Under the pieces are notes generated by a model. The model was not told the DNA's origin. It saw only the letters and a program-made list of their open reading frames with translations, and made no database searches. Shown piece after piece: positions 49,004 through 62,200 of a stretch of 64,000 nucleotides of DNA. The first letter of the stretch is position 1; each line of letters begins with the position of its first letter. Made by a program: the position numbers and the translations under genes. This stretch comes from Phoronis australis (Eukaryota; Animalia; Phoronida): NCBI GenBank assembly GCA_002633005.1, contig NMRA01000228.1, positions 298,120 to 362,119 on the forward strand. Direction: 5' to 3'.

Positions 49004-52000
49004 TCTAAGTTAAATGGAGAATAATGAGATAGCAATGTTACCAAAATAATATGTTTTACATAACAGTGGTAGTGAACTTCACAACCTATCTACAGAATGT
49101 GACTATGGACTATCAGGTTGTCATGGAGAGATATTGGAGTGATATTATTTAAAATTTAACCTTGTCATGCTCCTGGGGTACTTTCATTGACATTTTTGTG
49201 AATGTTGTCTGGTAGAGGAGTTGTGAAAAGTCGCCACTGCTTCATAACTACTAAAAGTGTGCAGATGATATTTCTATAAAAATAAAGTTGCTTGCATGTA
49301 ATAATTAACTGATTGGTGTATAGTCCACAAGCGTTTAAGCGTGCACATTGAATAAAATATCCAACAGACATTCGTCTCGATGTAGCACTTATGACAGTAG
49401 TTTTAAGCTGCATTTCGGCTCATTTAGGTGAGACAGACTAAAAATCAAAAATGCAACGAGACCTTTTACTCTTATAAAATCGGTGTTGTAACATTCCTTA
49501 CCATTCAGTTTCGTGTCCATTAGGCTGCCCATGACATGAGTTGGTAACAGAAATTGAATCCTAGCACATTAAGAAATATTACTACACTGATTTTCTCCCT
49601 ACATAAGACAGCTCTTCTAAATCAGGACCCTGGACGTAAGCATTGTGACGTAAGCATATGAAGGGTCTGTGATTGGTCATATCTTCACCACGCCCATACT
49701 GGACTTGTCGCCTAAACTGCACAGGTATGACAGAAAACTGATGTTTTATGAATAAATAGGTCTCAGGAAAATCAGATGTACACTAGAAAAAAATTTGCCT
49801 GTATGTCATTTTTATTACATTTGTACACATTTGTTCAACTCAAATTGTGGTCTGCCTCTTCTCGACCATTGGTGTTATGCCTTCATCAGTGTGAATAAAC
49901 ATCCTTGGAAACAGTAGAAGTCTTTAAATCTTTCCAGCTCAAACAAGTACTCTAAATATACAGCTTTGCACCGATGTGGGTAAAAAAGTGGCAAGATAAA
50001 ATCTGACACAAAATTGGTGTCATTAAAAACTACAGTCTTCCTTGAGTAAACTAAATTATTTAACGGTGTTGGCAAAAATGGCGTTCTACCGTTATTCTGC
50101 TGCTAAAGTTGTGGAGCGATCTTTAGCGACGGCTTTCGGCGCTGTGAATATTGCGTCACCTATTGGCCAGTTTCTTTTTTCGCCGATTCTTCAATCAACT
50201 GTTGTTCTTTCACGAGCTTGCGTACACGTCACAACAAATTATCAGAACTGGTTTCACTTCATTATAAGTTTTTAGAATTTTGATACCGAAAAATCCAATT
50301 TCAGAAGAAATTTTTTCTGCTGCCAAGCTATCATCACCACCCGAAAGTTGTCGCAAAAATTTAGGAAAAAGCACGTGCGCGTGACACGAGAGTACTGTTT
50401 TCAAAACGACGAAATACTTTTCATTGTTAGAAAAGGCGGAGAGTTACACAAGAAAATGACGTTTATTGCATTGTTTTTCACTTAAACGACTGTAACGGGA
50501 AAGGTGAGTGTCGGGTTGACTCCCAGATTTTGCATGCACACCGTCTGGTTTTTAGCTTTACATGTTGATACAAATTTCACGGCGCGGTGACGAGCAGAAC
50601 TACCCAGGCTGTGTGCAATTTCGGGGTCTACGGAAGAAATACACACAGTGGGATCTAGCTGTATTTTGACGACAGTCTTCATACAGCTAGCTGGCTGGCT
50701 AAGCTAAGCCAAATACAAGCTGTAAGCAAACCTACTTTTTCCTGCAATATAGTAGTAGTTAACTAGTCACTACTACAATGCAGAAACAGTCATAGTACAC
50801 ACTCAGTACAGTAAGGGCAAGGCCCTACGCTACGTCTACGTCAGATCACAAACTGACAAAGTAAAACAGTGACAGGCCAAGGCATACGCGTTTTGAAATT
50901 GAATTTGATAAAGGCAAGACATGAGATCTGCGCACGAAAAAACAGAAAGGACGCACGGTTGAATTGCGAATGGTCTAGACGCATAAAACGAATAATCACC
51001 TCTTGTACGAAATAAAACAGATCCCGAATATACAGTAAGTCAGTAACAACAGCTCTCGCTGTTCAACACCACGACGAACGCAACATACTCTCCTGAAAAA
51101 GAAGGCATAAAACTGTGAAAGTTGTACAAGTAGATTTGACACGAGTATGACTAATATGGTTGTAGTTTTCATTAAAAAACCTTCAGATTGGTAAAAAAAT
51201 AATTTTAATTAGTTTTTGTATTCAAAATTCAAAGTTACTTTTAAGGATATAAAGACAAATATGTTTGTTTTGAGATTTTGAAAGTGCCCTCTATAGCAGT
51301 TTTAAAGAAGTAGTCACAGGTGGCGCTAATTCGAGAAATGGCCTTCGGAAGCCAAAAGCATTTTAATGCGATACCACCCATGAAGGGTGCTTTTCCATTG
51401 GACCATGACGGTACTGTATATAATATTGTCTGATGTTATTATGATCATTAGTAGTTTCTAAGGCGAAACTTTGGAACTTTTGACCAGACATATTTACAGC
51501 AGTTTGTTTGGCAGTGCCAAGTAGTGAAGTAGTAGTGTGTAGTAGTGCCAGTGGTCGGCCTGTTGTGTTACTGTTACTGCTACTAACAGTTACGGTGTTA
51601 GTGTTAGTGTTGTACTGTTATACTTAGACTTATAGTTCTGTTTTGTGTTCAGTAGCAGTGATAGTCAGTGACCACAGTCTCTAGCTGGCCCCATTAGAGC
51701 ATACAGTTATGGGTTACGTGTCTACACCTCCTATAGTATAGAGTGTATAGGAGTTCTGTACGCTGGAATCTTTTTGGCGTGTTATGCCAGTCTCCAGTGA
51801 ATGCGGCCTGCAAGCAGGTAGTTCAGGAAATGAATCGACTTAACAAACTTAAAGCCTGTCACACCTGACATAGGTAACACACATTAGACTCAAACCAGGA
51901 CACTCCAAAACGCACGTCTTCACAGAGCGAATAAGCAAGTGAGCGCCGTGCCCAGAGTCATGTGACATGTATTCAGGCTTATCATGAAAACAACACACAC

Positions 52001-52305
52001 ATGCACACACACACACAGACAAACAAAGACAGCACCGCATGATGCCAAAGAACGAGAAAACACCATGTTCACAACACTCTTCCCCTTCCTAAAAAGGAGA
52101 AGACATGAAAAAATTACCAAACACCCCCTTACCAAACAAATGTTTGAAGACAATTTGAAAACAGATGGTAGTAGCTCTCCACAACTAACACATAAAACCC
52201 AAAAGAAAATTATCCTAAACACAGTGGCCTTAAAAAAGTAAAAACAATAACCTACTGACTCTCAAAACAGGGCACTAAAAGAAAAAGTCAAAAACAAAAC
52301 CCCCC

Positions 52306-52480
52306 NNNNNNNNNNNNNNNNNNNNNNNNNNNNNNNNNNNNNNNNNNNNNNNNNNNNNNNNNNNNNNNNNNNNNNNNNNNNNNNNNNNNNNNNNNNNNNN
52401 NNNNNNNNNNNNNNNNNNNNNNNNNNNNNNNNNNNNNNNNNNNNNNNNNNNNNNNNNNNNNNNNNNNNNNNNNNNNNNNN
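52306..52480. other. Assembly gap
   Basis: Run of N. Confidence 1.
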
Positions 52481-53650
52481 GCCAGAAACAAATTTCTACT
52501 TGGAACTTTTCCTTCATAGTCACGAAGTAACACAAAGTATACACCTGAAGACCTATGAAAATACAGAGGTCAATGTAAAATACTAAAATTGCCACTAGAG
52601 GCATACCGGTAGTCAGAATCATCCTAAAGTCGTCATCATCCGTTGTCAACATCACATAAATACACTTGCTAAATTTAGTAAAGATCCTGCAAACGGTTTG
52701 GGAGATAGAGCCATGGGCGCAAAAAAAAACTGCCACTAGGAGGCGCCACAGTAATCAAAGTCATGGGAAATTCAGCGTCAACCGTCCTCTTCATAGTAAG
52801 AACATACATGCCAATTTTCACAATCATACTTAGAGCGGTTTGGTTGATAGAGGGGTGGACGCCAAAAAACAGACTAAAAAACAGTAAAAATGGCCACTGG
52901 GTGTCGCAAACTAGGTCGAATCCATCCGAAAACGGGAGGATAGCGTCATCGCACTAATAGGTGCCTACATACCAAATTTCATGAAAATCTGTTAAGGACT
53001 TGTGAAGATACAGAGGCAAACGTAAAAAAAATAAAATTGCCACTAGGGGGCACACTAGTAGGCGGATCCGTCCAAAAGTCGTCATCGTCTGTTGTTAACA
53101 TCATATAAATATACTTACACAATTTCGTAAAGATCCTGCGAATGGTTTAGGAGATGCAGCCATAGGCGCAAAAAACAAAACTGCCACTAGTAGGCGCCAC
53201 AGTAGTCAAAATCATCGGAAAATCATCATCAACCGTCCTCTATATAGTAAGCATATACATGCAAATTTTCACATTCATCCTATGAGCGGTTTGGTTGATA
53301 GAGGGGTGGACGCACAAAAACAGACTCAAAAACACTAAAAATGGCCACTAGGTGGCGCAAACTATGTCGAATCCATCTGAAAATGAGAGGATAGTGTAAT
53401 CTCACTAATAGGTGCCTACATACCAAATTTCATGAAAATCTGTTCAGGACTTTTGAAGATTGCCACTAGGGGGCACACCGGTTGTCGGATCCGTCTGAAA
53501 GTTCGCACATGCCGTCCCATTCATGAATGGAACATATGTGCCAAATTTCATGAACGTATGTCAAAGGGTTTTGGAGATAAAGCAGCGGACACCGCCCGGA
53601 CGGACGGAGATGACGGCATAATGCGTCCACATATAAATATGTGGACGCAT
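52481..53650 (+). mobile_element. HINE-like repeat with higher-order array, copy 2
   Basis: Colinear with 440-1652. CCACTAG-type motifs at 52592, 52733, 52894, 53040, 53184, 53345 and 53463; ends in the perfect hairpin ATGCGTCCACATAT-AA-ATATGTGGACGCAT. Confidence 0.65.
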
Positions 53651-53651
53651 G

Positions 53652-53942
53652 AAAATCTCTTGGTCTATTTACATCGACCTCTTGTCTATTTACACTGTCA
53701 CGGCGTTTCGGTCGGTCTATTCTCCGGCCATCGTCAGGTGTTCCCGCGTTCTTAGAAGAACGAGCACGGTGGTACACTCATGGTGTGATTTCTTTTTTGT
53801 CCGAGGCACACCATGAGTGTACCACCGTGCTCGTTCTTCTAAGAACGCGGGAACACCTGACGATGGCCGGAGAATAGACTGACCGAAGCGTCATGACAGT
53901 GTAAATAGACAAGAGATCGGTGTAAATAGACCAAGAGATTTT
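53652..53942. mobile_element. ~290-bp foldback element (arms ~136 bp, 19-nt loop)
   Basis: 53652-53787 is the near-perfect reverse complement of 53807-53942. Confidence 0.9.
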
Positions 53943-56586
53943 AATAACAGTTGTAATACCGTATTTACGCACTCCCCATGAAGCCAATCGTCAGAAGAAT
54001 TACACTGAATCGAGCGTTGCAAACCGTGCCCAGAGTCATGTGACATGTTACAGGCAACGTCAGCCCTGGAGTTCTGCGCCTTCTGCTGTCATGGGGATGG
54101 TCTGGGGAGGGGATTAATGCAACAGCATATCCCCAATGATCCTGTCCGTGACAGGTATTACAGGTGACATATATTCAGGCTCACCATAAAAACAACACAC
54201 AAACAAACAAACAAAGACAGTACGTTATGGTACCACACAATGAAAGAATACCACGTTCACAACACCTCACACTGATTAAAACATTAAAGTCAAAAATTTT
54301 TATAAGTACCTTTTGGGCATAGAGGGACACCACAGAGGCCATCTATATCCTTCGTTTGGTTCTCCAAGTTGGCAACTAGCCATTTTTAATACTACGCACG
54401 CTCCTGGTGGGAGCAGTAAAATAATAAATCAAAGAAAGCCTTTTTTGTCTCTAAAATTGGTCTCGTAATATTTCTTACTATGACATGTCCATGATATTGA
54501 TAAGATTCTCACAGTAACGCAATATGGTGTGAAAGCTTCACGTCAGACGTTTCTACATTTGAGTGTGAGAAATTTTTCTGTTACTATTCCATTGCCAGGA
54601 CTATTTAGATTTTCAGAGAGCACCCATGAAAAAGTCACTGTTTCTAAGTTATGACCCAGAAACTTCAGCCTTTTATGGGGTAATTTCTACTATCCTTACC
54701 TTTAGTACAGATTTTTGGTCACCTGAATTTTAACCCAAGCCTAAAACAGTACTAGAAAAGATTCCATGTTGTCAAAAAGGAATGCATATTTTGCAACAAG
54801 TTTTGATTGTAAGAAAACTTCTGAATTGTGAAGTTAAAAAAGGAACCCTTTGTAGAGTTAGAAACTCCCAAGACTTAAAAGGCACCAGTTCATCAGGAAT
54901 TTTGTTGAAAAAACTCTTAGCGACACATCCCATTTTCCTCTTTTAAGGGACCACCGGGGATTTGGTTAGCTCAGAACATCTACAACAACAACATGCCTTG
55001 AAGTAAGGCTTTAAGAGACCCCCTGTTGTATGCTTGGTTCTAGAGCAATTGCTCGTTTGCCAACTATAAATCCAGCACTGATCATTATGGCCATTTCAGT
55101 TATGCTCTACAGAACTATAGCTAGGAAGAGGTTCGAATACTTCTTCTGAAACTTAACAATTAATGTGTTTTACCAAGGGTTACATTGGCATTAGATTTTT
55201 GTTTTTATCTGAAGCAAGTTATGATATTTGCTGATGTCTGATTTTGTCATCTTATTCTTCACTGAGCTTTTCTTGATTTTATCACCGGTTGTACAAATCC
55301 ATATTAGTCAAAAAGTTGTGTTGGCTTGTAAAGGTCATTTAAATGAAAGGTCATCTAGCAGCACAGCTTCCCTATTAACAATGCTTATACAGTTTTGTTA
55401 CGAAACTGTGCATTGGTCACAATGTGGCTGGCAGAATGTTAACTCACCACTCCATCTGCCTATCAGATTTTGATCAAGTCATTGAGTGTGCTAGTGAAAG
55501 TGTCAATGTCCTTGTTTTGGCTGTGTACCATTTTCTTGTGTAAATCTTTGCTTCTCAGAATTGTGCAATTTGATTTTTTCTTCAGGAGAATGCAAGATCT
55601 TCATGCTAAAGTACATGAAATGCCTAAATGAAAACGAACGAGAAAACGGAAAGTGCAGGGATGAATCCAGAGACTATTTGCAATGTCGTATGGAAAAGTA
55701 AGTTTTATTCTTTTCATATTGTCATGTTCACAATGTTACTGACTACAGTCCTGGGAATTTGATTCTGTTTTAGAGTATTCCATTACATCAGTAAGACTGC
55801 ACACTGGAAATCTGGTACATGAACATAGAGATAATGACTATAACATTGTTAAGATCGTGATAGCAAAGTACTGTCCATTCAGTTTCTTACTTTAATATTC
55901 ATTAAATTTGGCAAATACGTCGTTGTCGCACTGATGAGAGTACCTGCTGTGTTTCAGACAGATTTTACCTATAATAAATATGTTCATTATTCTTGCCTTT
56001 GAAAAATTTCTTCCCTGGTCTTTGAGTGCAAATTTAGTGACCACTCCATGCTTTTCAGAAATTTAATGGCCAAGGAAGAATGGTCTAGACTGGGCTATAG
56101 GGACACTAAAGAACAAGTTGAAGAGACAGGCAGCTGACAGGCCATTACAGTGTTTCAATAGCTGAGACCATAGATGTTGGAACATTGTTAATGTGTGATC
56201 ATGGACATTATGAAATGTGTTGCAGTCCAGCAAATACAACAATCAATGATATAGTTTTGTTCAGGTCAACTGTAATTGCATTTTGGCAACGCTTTAAGAA
56301 TACTGGTTAAAGTGGCTGACACATGGACTATAAGGTCATTTTAAAGTGTGACATTGTTTTATCAGCTGTCTTTAAAAATATAAATATACTTTAATTCTTC
56401 CAGCATTTTTTTGCAAAATAGTAAAACTTGGGAATTAGTCGGACATGCGACATGAGCTGCATTTTAAATTGCATAATTCAGACAAAGTTGTTCTAGTTTG
56501 AGCAATCGGCCTTTAGATAAGTCGTATTTTGCCATACTCAAACGGTCTGGTCTGGTTGTATCCGACTTATTCGAGTTTTACTATAG

Positions 56587-59500
56587 CTACGTCTCGCTGT
56601 AATATCGTGGAAATATGATAAGTTTATAGAAGGCAAGTGCCTGAAGTAAACAACTTGACAACAGTTCCTTTTCTTCGTTGTTTCCGCTCTTAAACTGCAA
56701 GGATAAATGTGGAGGAATATACAAAGATGTACCACGTGCATTTTCCTCTCTGGAACTTTCAATTAAGTCATAAACGATATGCTGCCCACTAACTCTCTCT
56801 CCTCCAACACTGAGACCAAAACACTTATTGACAATATTTGGCTTGACGGAGTACAACTTGTGCTGACCGGTTTTGTGATAGTCTCTATTGATGATTGCTG
56901 CCAACATGGATTCGGTGATTCTAATTCCCATGATGTAGGGAACGAGTCGCAGATTTGGACATTTATACATCTTCTCTTCCATTGTATAAATATCACCACT
57001 CGGCAACAAGTCCACAGCAGCATTCAACTGAAAAGTATAATGCACAGATTCTTATCAAAGCTCAAATTTTGTTGAACACGACTTTCCACGTTTTTAATGT
57101 CCTCAATAGATAAACACTCGAATAGGCCACAGTTGATGTAAAGATGATCCAGAGTCAAGGCAGTGAAAAAAGCTCAAAAAGTCTATATGTTACAGGCTTC
57201 ATATCCAAATCGCATGTATTCAAATCACACAAGAAAAACTTAAATTGCCAACACATGCAGTGTTAGTAATACTTATGTAATTGGCGTGGCACATTTTAGA
57301 AAGGGTCAACATTTGAGACAAAGTGCCTGGGGATCCATGTGGTATTATTCCTTGCCACAACGCCACTTGGATATACATGCCTTAGCACAAACCAGGCTTC
57401 CTAAAAAATAACTCGATTTAAGCCGCTAATCGTGAAAATGGTTTTTCGCTTATTTCCTTCTCGTATTGGAAGTGATGTCTAGGCTCTGGATGAGTAGACA
57501 GAAATTTACTGATTGAAATCTTGATTGACATGACAGTTCACTTTGTGCACCAACTATCATCACCAGCAGTAGCAGCGAATGGTTCCAAGTACAGAAATCC
57601 CTTCTAATCTTAATAGTAAGGAACAAGCCGAGACCAGTTTTTTAACAGTAAGTTGCTGCAACCAAAAGTTATTTTCATGAAAGGCAGGTTTATAGCACTT
57701 AAAGTTGTATTTTAACTCTTTTTCTAACTAAAATAAAATGAATGGTTACCATGTAAATGCCTCCAGAATGCTCAGCAGCTACTTGTAAATAAACATAATT
57801 ATTACCTTTTTCATAAATTCCACATGGTCGTACTTTTGAAATGGTCTGTCGAATATGACTGTCATTCCCCAGTCGCACAGAACCAACTCTCTACTGACCA
57901 CAGCCCAGTGTAGTTTGTCTTGTTGAATGTTCAGTGCCACCAGTGTCTGTATCTCCTGAAATAAAAGCAGCAAGATCTATCTACTACAAAATCCATAACC
58001 CCCATGGAGTGCCAATTGTTAATCAAATATGTCACAAATCAATATTTGCTTGAAATCTAAATCTTTATTTGTCCACGAAATTTCATAATCAAAGAAATTA
58101 AACCTGTTCAGCTAAAGTATGGTACTTACTAAAATCCTTAAGCTCTCGGGAGCATTGAGGAAAGGTTGAACGATTAAGAATGGTTTGACAGGCAGAGCGT
58201 CCCCGCTGTGTTCTCGGAAGATACAATCTATTGCACCGTTCCACATGGTAGACAGAGCGAACCTACCACCTCCATGTCTGTTTACTGATGGATTAAAAGC
58301 CTTACTAGCAGTATTGAAGATGGCCTCCTTGACCCTTATTTCGAATCAGTTCTTGCCACTTTTCAAAACTTCCAACACTGGCAGCATCAAACTCATGACC
58401 ATTCGCAAGTGTCTATGTACCGCTAACAAACACCTTCCTCTGCATTTCTCTGATGTTGGTACAACCGTTAAAGCAGGAAGCTAACCTGTACCACCATTTT
58501 AATCATTCAACCATTCCTCAAGAAAGGAGCGGAATGCTCCCGAGAGCTAAAGGATTTTATTAAGTACTATATTCCAATTGAATAGGTTAAAATTATTTCA
58601 TCATAATGTTCTGTGATTATGTGTCTAGTATGTAAGGGCTGTTCCAGCAAAATCTGTATGGGAGGGGGGGGAAGGCACTTTTATTTCGTACCCACCGCCC
58701 ATAATTTTCATTTATTTCTCCAACCCATGACCCATAATTTTTTAATTATTTTTAATAGGTTAAAATATAAAATCCAACACTTGCAAACAAATTGCCTCCA
58801 GGAGGACCTGTTAAGAACTTAGATGATTGACAGACCAGAACCAACATTGTCAAAAACTAAAGTAGCCTGCGAGCAATACTTTTGGCAGCCACCAGGTGTC
58901 TCTGTTCACCATGTGTCTATAATTTCAATGAACATTTTTTCAATTATAAGGATCTATGAATCTCAAACTGTCTCCACGAACTCTTTTATACTTCTATGTC
59001 AAGTGAATATTGGAACTTGTTTATCTTACTCCTCATACTTTTTATTTAAAAATCATCAATTTNCGAAATTTCATAATCAAAGAAATTAAACCTGTTCAGC
59101 TAAAGTATGGTACTTACTAAAATCCTTAAGCTCTCGGGAGCATTGAGGAAAGGTTGAACGATTAGAATGGTTTGACAGGCAGAGCGTCCCCGCTGTGTTC
59201 TCGGAAGATACAATCTATTGCACCGTTCCACATGGTAGACAGAGCGAACCTACCACCTCCATGTCTGTTTACTGATGGATTAAAAGCCTTACTAGCAGTA
59301 ATGAAGATGGCCTCCGTGACCCTTATTTCGAATCAGTTCTTGACACTTTTCAAAACTTCCAACACTGGCAGCATCAAACTCATGACCATTCGCAAGTGTC
59401 TATGCACCGCTAACAAACACCTTCCTCTGCATTTCTCCGATGTTGGTACAACCGTTAAAGCAAGAAGCTAACCTGTACCACCTCAAGAAAGGAGCGGAAT

Positions 59501-60750
59501 GCTCCCGAGAGCTAAAGGATTTTATTAAGTACTATATTCCAGTTGAATAGGTTAAAATTATTTCATCATAATGTTCTGTGATTATGTGTCTAGTATGAAA
59601 TGATAATTTTACCGTGTTCTCATGTCAAATAGTAAAATTACGTAGAGTTTCGGAGCCATACGTTTGTGCAAAACTAACTCAGAATTTCTAACAACCATAA
59701 ACGTTGAACAAACATGAACTTTGTTATTCCTGCAGCGACCATCCGTTTTTTTAATAAATTTTAAGGCTTGTACCAACTAAAGGCTATGGCTAACTTCAAC
59801 ACACAATTTTCCAAAATTGAGAAATCAAGGACTTTATGCAAAACAGTTGATGTCATCTCTATCCCTTCTCATAACCAATAAATGTGAGAAAGACTGCATA
59901 TCTTATACCTATAGGTTTTTGAAATTAAAACAAAACCACCAATGTGATAAGTTCACACACTACTGCAGTATCTGCAATGAAGCATGGTTCTTTTTAACCT
60001 TCAACGAGAAATTAAGACAAAATTATCCCAGATTATTTCAATGTCCCGCGGCTGACATCTTCCTCAGTGATGTTGACTTTTGCCTGCCCAACCAGTCATT
60101 TTAGTACTATACATGCCAAAAGTAATCAAACATGATTTACATCACAACATGTAATGACCAGTCACATCAAAGTTTATTTTAGGTACCCTGATTGCGAATT
60201 TCACTTGCACTCCACTGTTATGGCAGAGATTTGTGCCTGTCAGAATTCTTGGTCATTTTGATTTGGTTATTTTCGGCATGTATAATAGCAAAACAAGTAA
60301 ATTTAATGAAAAATTTTGTAGAAACCGGAAGAAGTCAGCTTGCAAGTGCCATAAGCTTACCATACACTGTTCGCTCGTTAATGGCGGATGACTCTGAGCA
60401 TGTAGCCTTTCAACTGAGCTTTCATATAATTTGGAATTTTCTTGGAAGTCATAGTCTTTCAAAACTTCACATACTTTCTTTAAACCAAGAAAGCCAATTC
60501 CAGGCACATTTAAAACAGATGAGAGTGTATTGTAGCCATCAGTTAGTGCTCTGTGCTGAATAATATTATGTATTTTGTTCCTGGTTAGGTGTCTCACAGA
60601 CAACAATTGATCCTCGGTCCCTTCGTTGAAATATTTCAATATGTTGGCAGTTTGCTCCTCAGAAAAAGCAGAGTCAATATAATCACGGAACTGACTTTTC
60701 GTATGTAGGTCACACTTGGAATTATTCCACAGTTGTAAAGAGGTTGGAAC
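56587..60750 (-). CDS. TEFM: Mitochondrial transcription elongation factor, exons 60750-60361, 57955-57806 and 57027-56587; first exon not located
   Basis: HhH region (FSEEQ..ILKYFN...QLLSVRHL...VLNVPGIG..GLKKVC) followed by a resolvase/RNase H-like domain (LVALNI...LHWA, LPSGDIYTMEEK, VNKCFGLSVGGERVSGQHIV, EKELLSSCLLQALAFY). Three phase-0 exons of 390, 150 and 441 nt with canonical splice sites. Confidence 0.88.
58086..58607. mobile_element. MITE with long imperfect TIRs in the TEFM intron (repeated at ~59073-59572)
   Basis: AACCTGTTCAGCT...TACTTACTAAAATCCTTAAGCTCTCGGGAGCATT pairs with AATGCTCCCGAGAGCTAAAGGATTTTATTAAGTAC...TTGAATAGGTT. Confidence 0.75.
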
Positions 60751-61703
60751 CTGCAACAAAACAAGGAGAAATTACACAAACATAAATAGCATCTGTAAAA
60801 ACATGATCAAGCTCAACAGAGACAGGGGCAATTAAATCTGTTAATTCTTAAACCTATTTAACACATATCCAGGATTTTCGAAAATAAGACCAGGAGCGGA
60901 ACCTTTCAAAAACATGAATACAAATTTGAATATATGCCCGGGCGTATTTTCGGAAACTTTCAAACATTTTATGATGAAGTTTTAAAGAAAATAATTGTCA
61001 AATTTCACTCAAAACTGTTTTTAAAATAAGTGAACATTCTTTCTGTAAATGTGAGTTATAGTCTTTAAAAGGATCGGCTGTCGTTTCATACCGACAAATA
61101 ATAAACCAATCTGTGAATGTAGGTAGCAAAGACTCCTTGCTTAAAACAAAACTTTTGTCTCAAAGTTACGATCTTTTAAAATAAAGAGGTTCTTTTAATG
61201 TACATAGTTGCATCTCACAAGTAAGAATTTTATTAGCTCATTTCCTAATTTTGTATTCAGCAACACAGTGATTTAAAACTCCTTAATGCTGTGCTGATAT
61301 AGTTAGATACCAACAACCACTCAATTTCTCACCAAATGGATACGATGAGTGAAAACACAATCACACAATGTCTTGTCAAAATTAACAACATTTGGCATAA
61401 ACACATATCACATACATATTTTAAACCGATCCATCAGATTACTGAAATATACAGAGAGTTACCAAAAATACGCCCATGGACGTACTTTTGGGTGGGTCAT
61501 TCATGGTAACATGGCAGGCAAGTGGGATGTTATTTTGTCAAAAGCATCAATTTAACAAAGGTCGTTTTGTACTCAACACATACACTCATCATACACTATT
61601 TCCATAACTTGTAGAAACGCAGTCAACTTTCAAAAAAGACTACTTTAACAACAATTTTCTGTGAAGTACCTGAAAAATTACGTGTACCGAGTAACTTCAA
61701 ATT

Positions 61704-61801
61704 ATTTGAAGTGTTTTACAACAGTACTAAAAACAGAATGGATGTGCTGTATATTTGAAGTGTTTTACAACAGTACTTAAGACTGAATGGATGTGCTGTA
61801 T
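61704..61801. repeat. 49-bp tandem duplication (3 mismatches)
   Basis: ATTTGAAGTGTTTTACAACAGTACT...GAATGGATGTGCTGTAT occurs twice. Confidence 0.9.
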
Positions 61802-62073
61802 ATTTTCCTAGTCCCTGATTCATGAGGATCTCTCAACCCACTCAGTGACCTCGTCTTTGTCACTTTTACTTCTGTAATCGGTGAATGATGAATAGGGCCG
61901 TCCCGGATTACACAGCGACACCCGAATTTCATGGTATTTACCCACAATGCAGTAACACATCCGTCAGGCACATTTGCTGCCCCGTTTTCATGTCATTGGA
62001 GTTTCACGTAATTTGTTGTTGTCTGATGCTTTGCAAATTTTTTCTCACTTGTATTACTCTATTCCTGCTTCCA

Positions 62074-62200
62074 ATGCCAACAAGGTATTACTGTTGTGCA
62101 ATGGGCTGCAACTCCGACGGGAAAAAGTTTGACAAATTGGACAAATACACGTGGACGTGTGATATGAAACTCTTCACCTTCCCAACATCAATAAGACACA
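62074..62200 (+). mobile_element. Truncated THAP zinc-finger ORF start (DNA transposon remnant)
   Basis: MPTRYYCCAMGCNS...LFTFP fits the THAP N-terminal C-x4-C..F-x-F-P pattern, but the W and C-x2-HF part is missing. The upstream motif GCCGTCCC..GGATTACACAGCGA..GTATTTACCCACAATG is shared with ~38274-38341. Confidence 0.55.
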
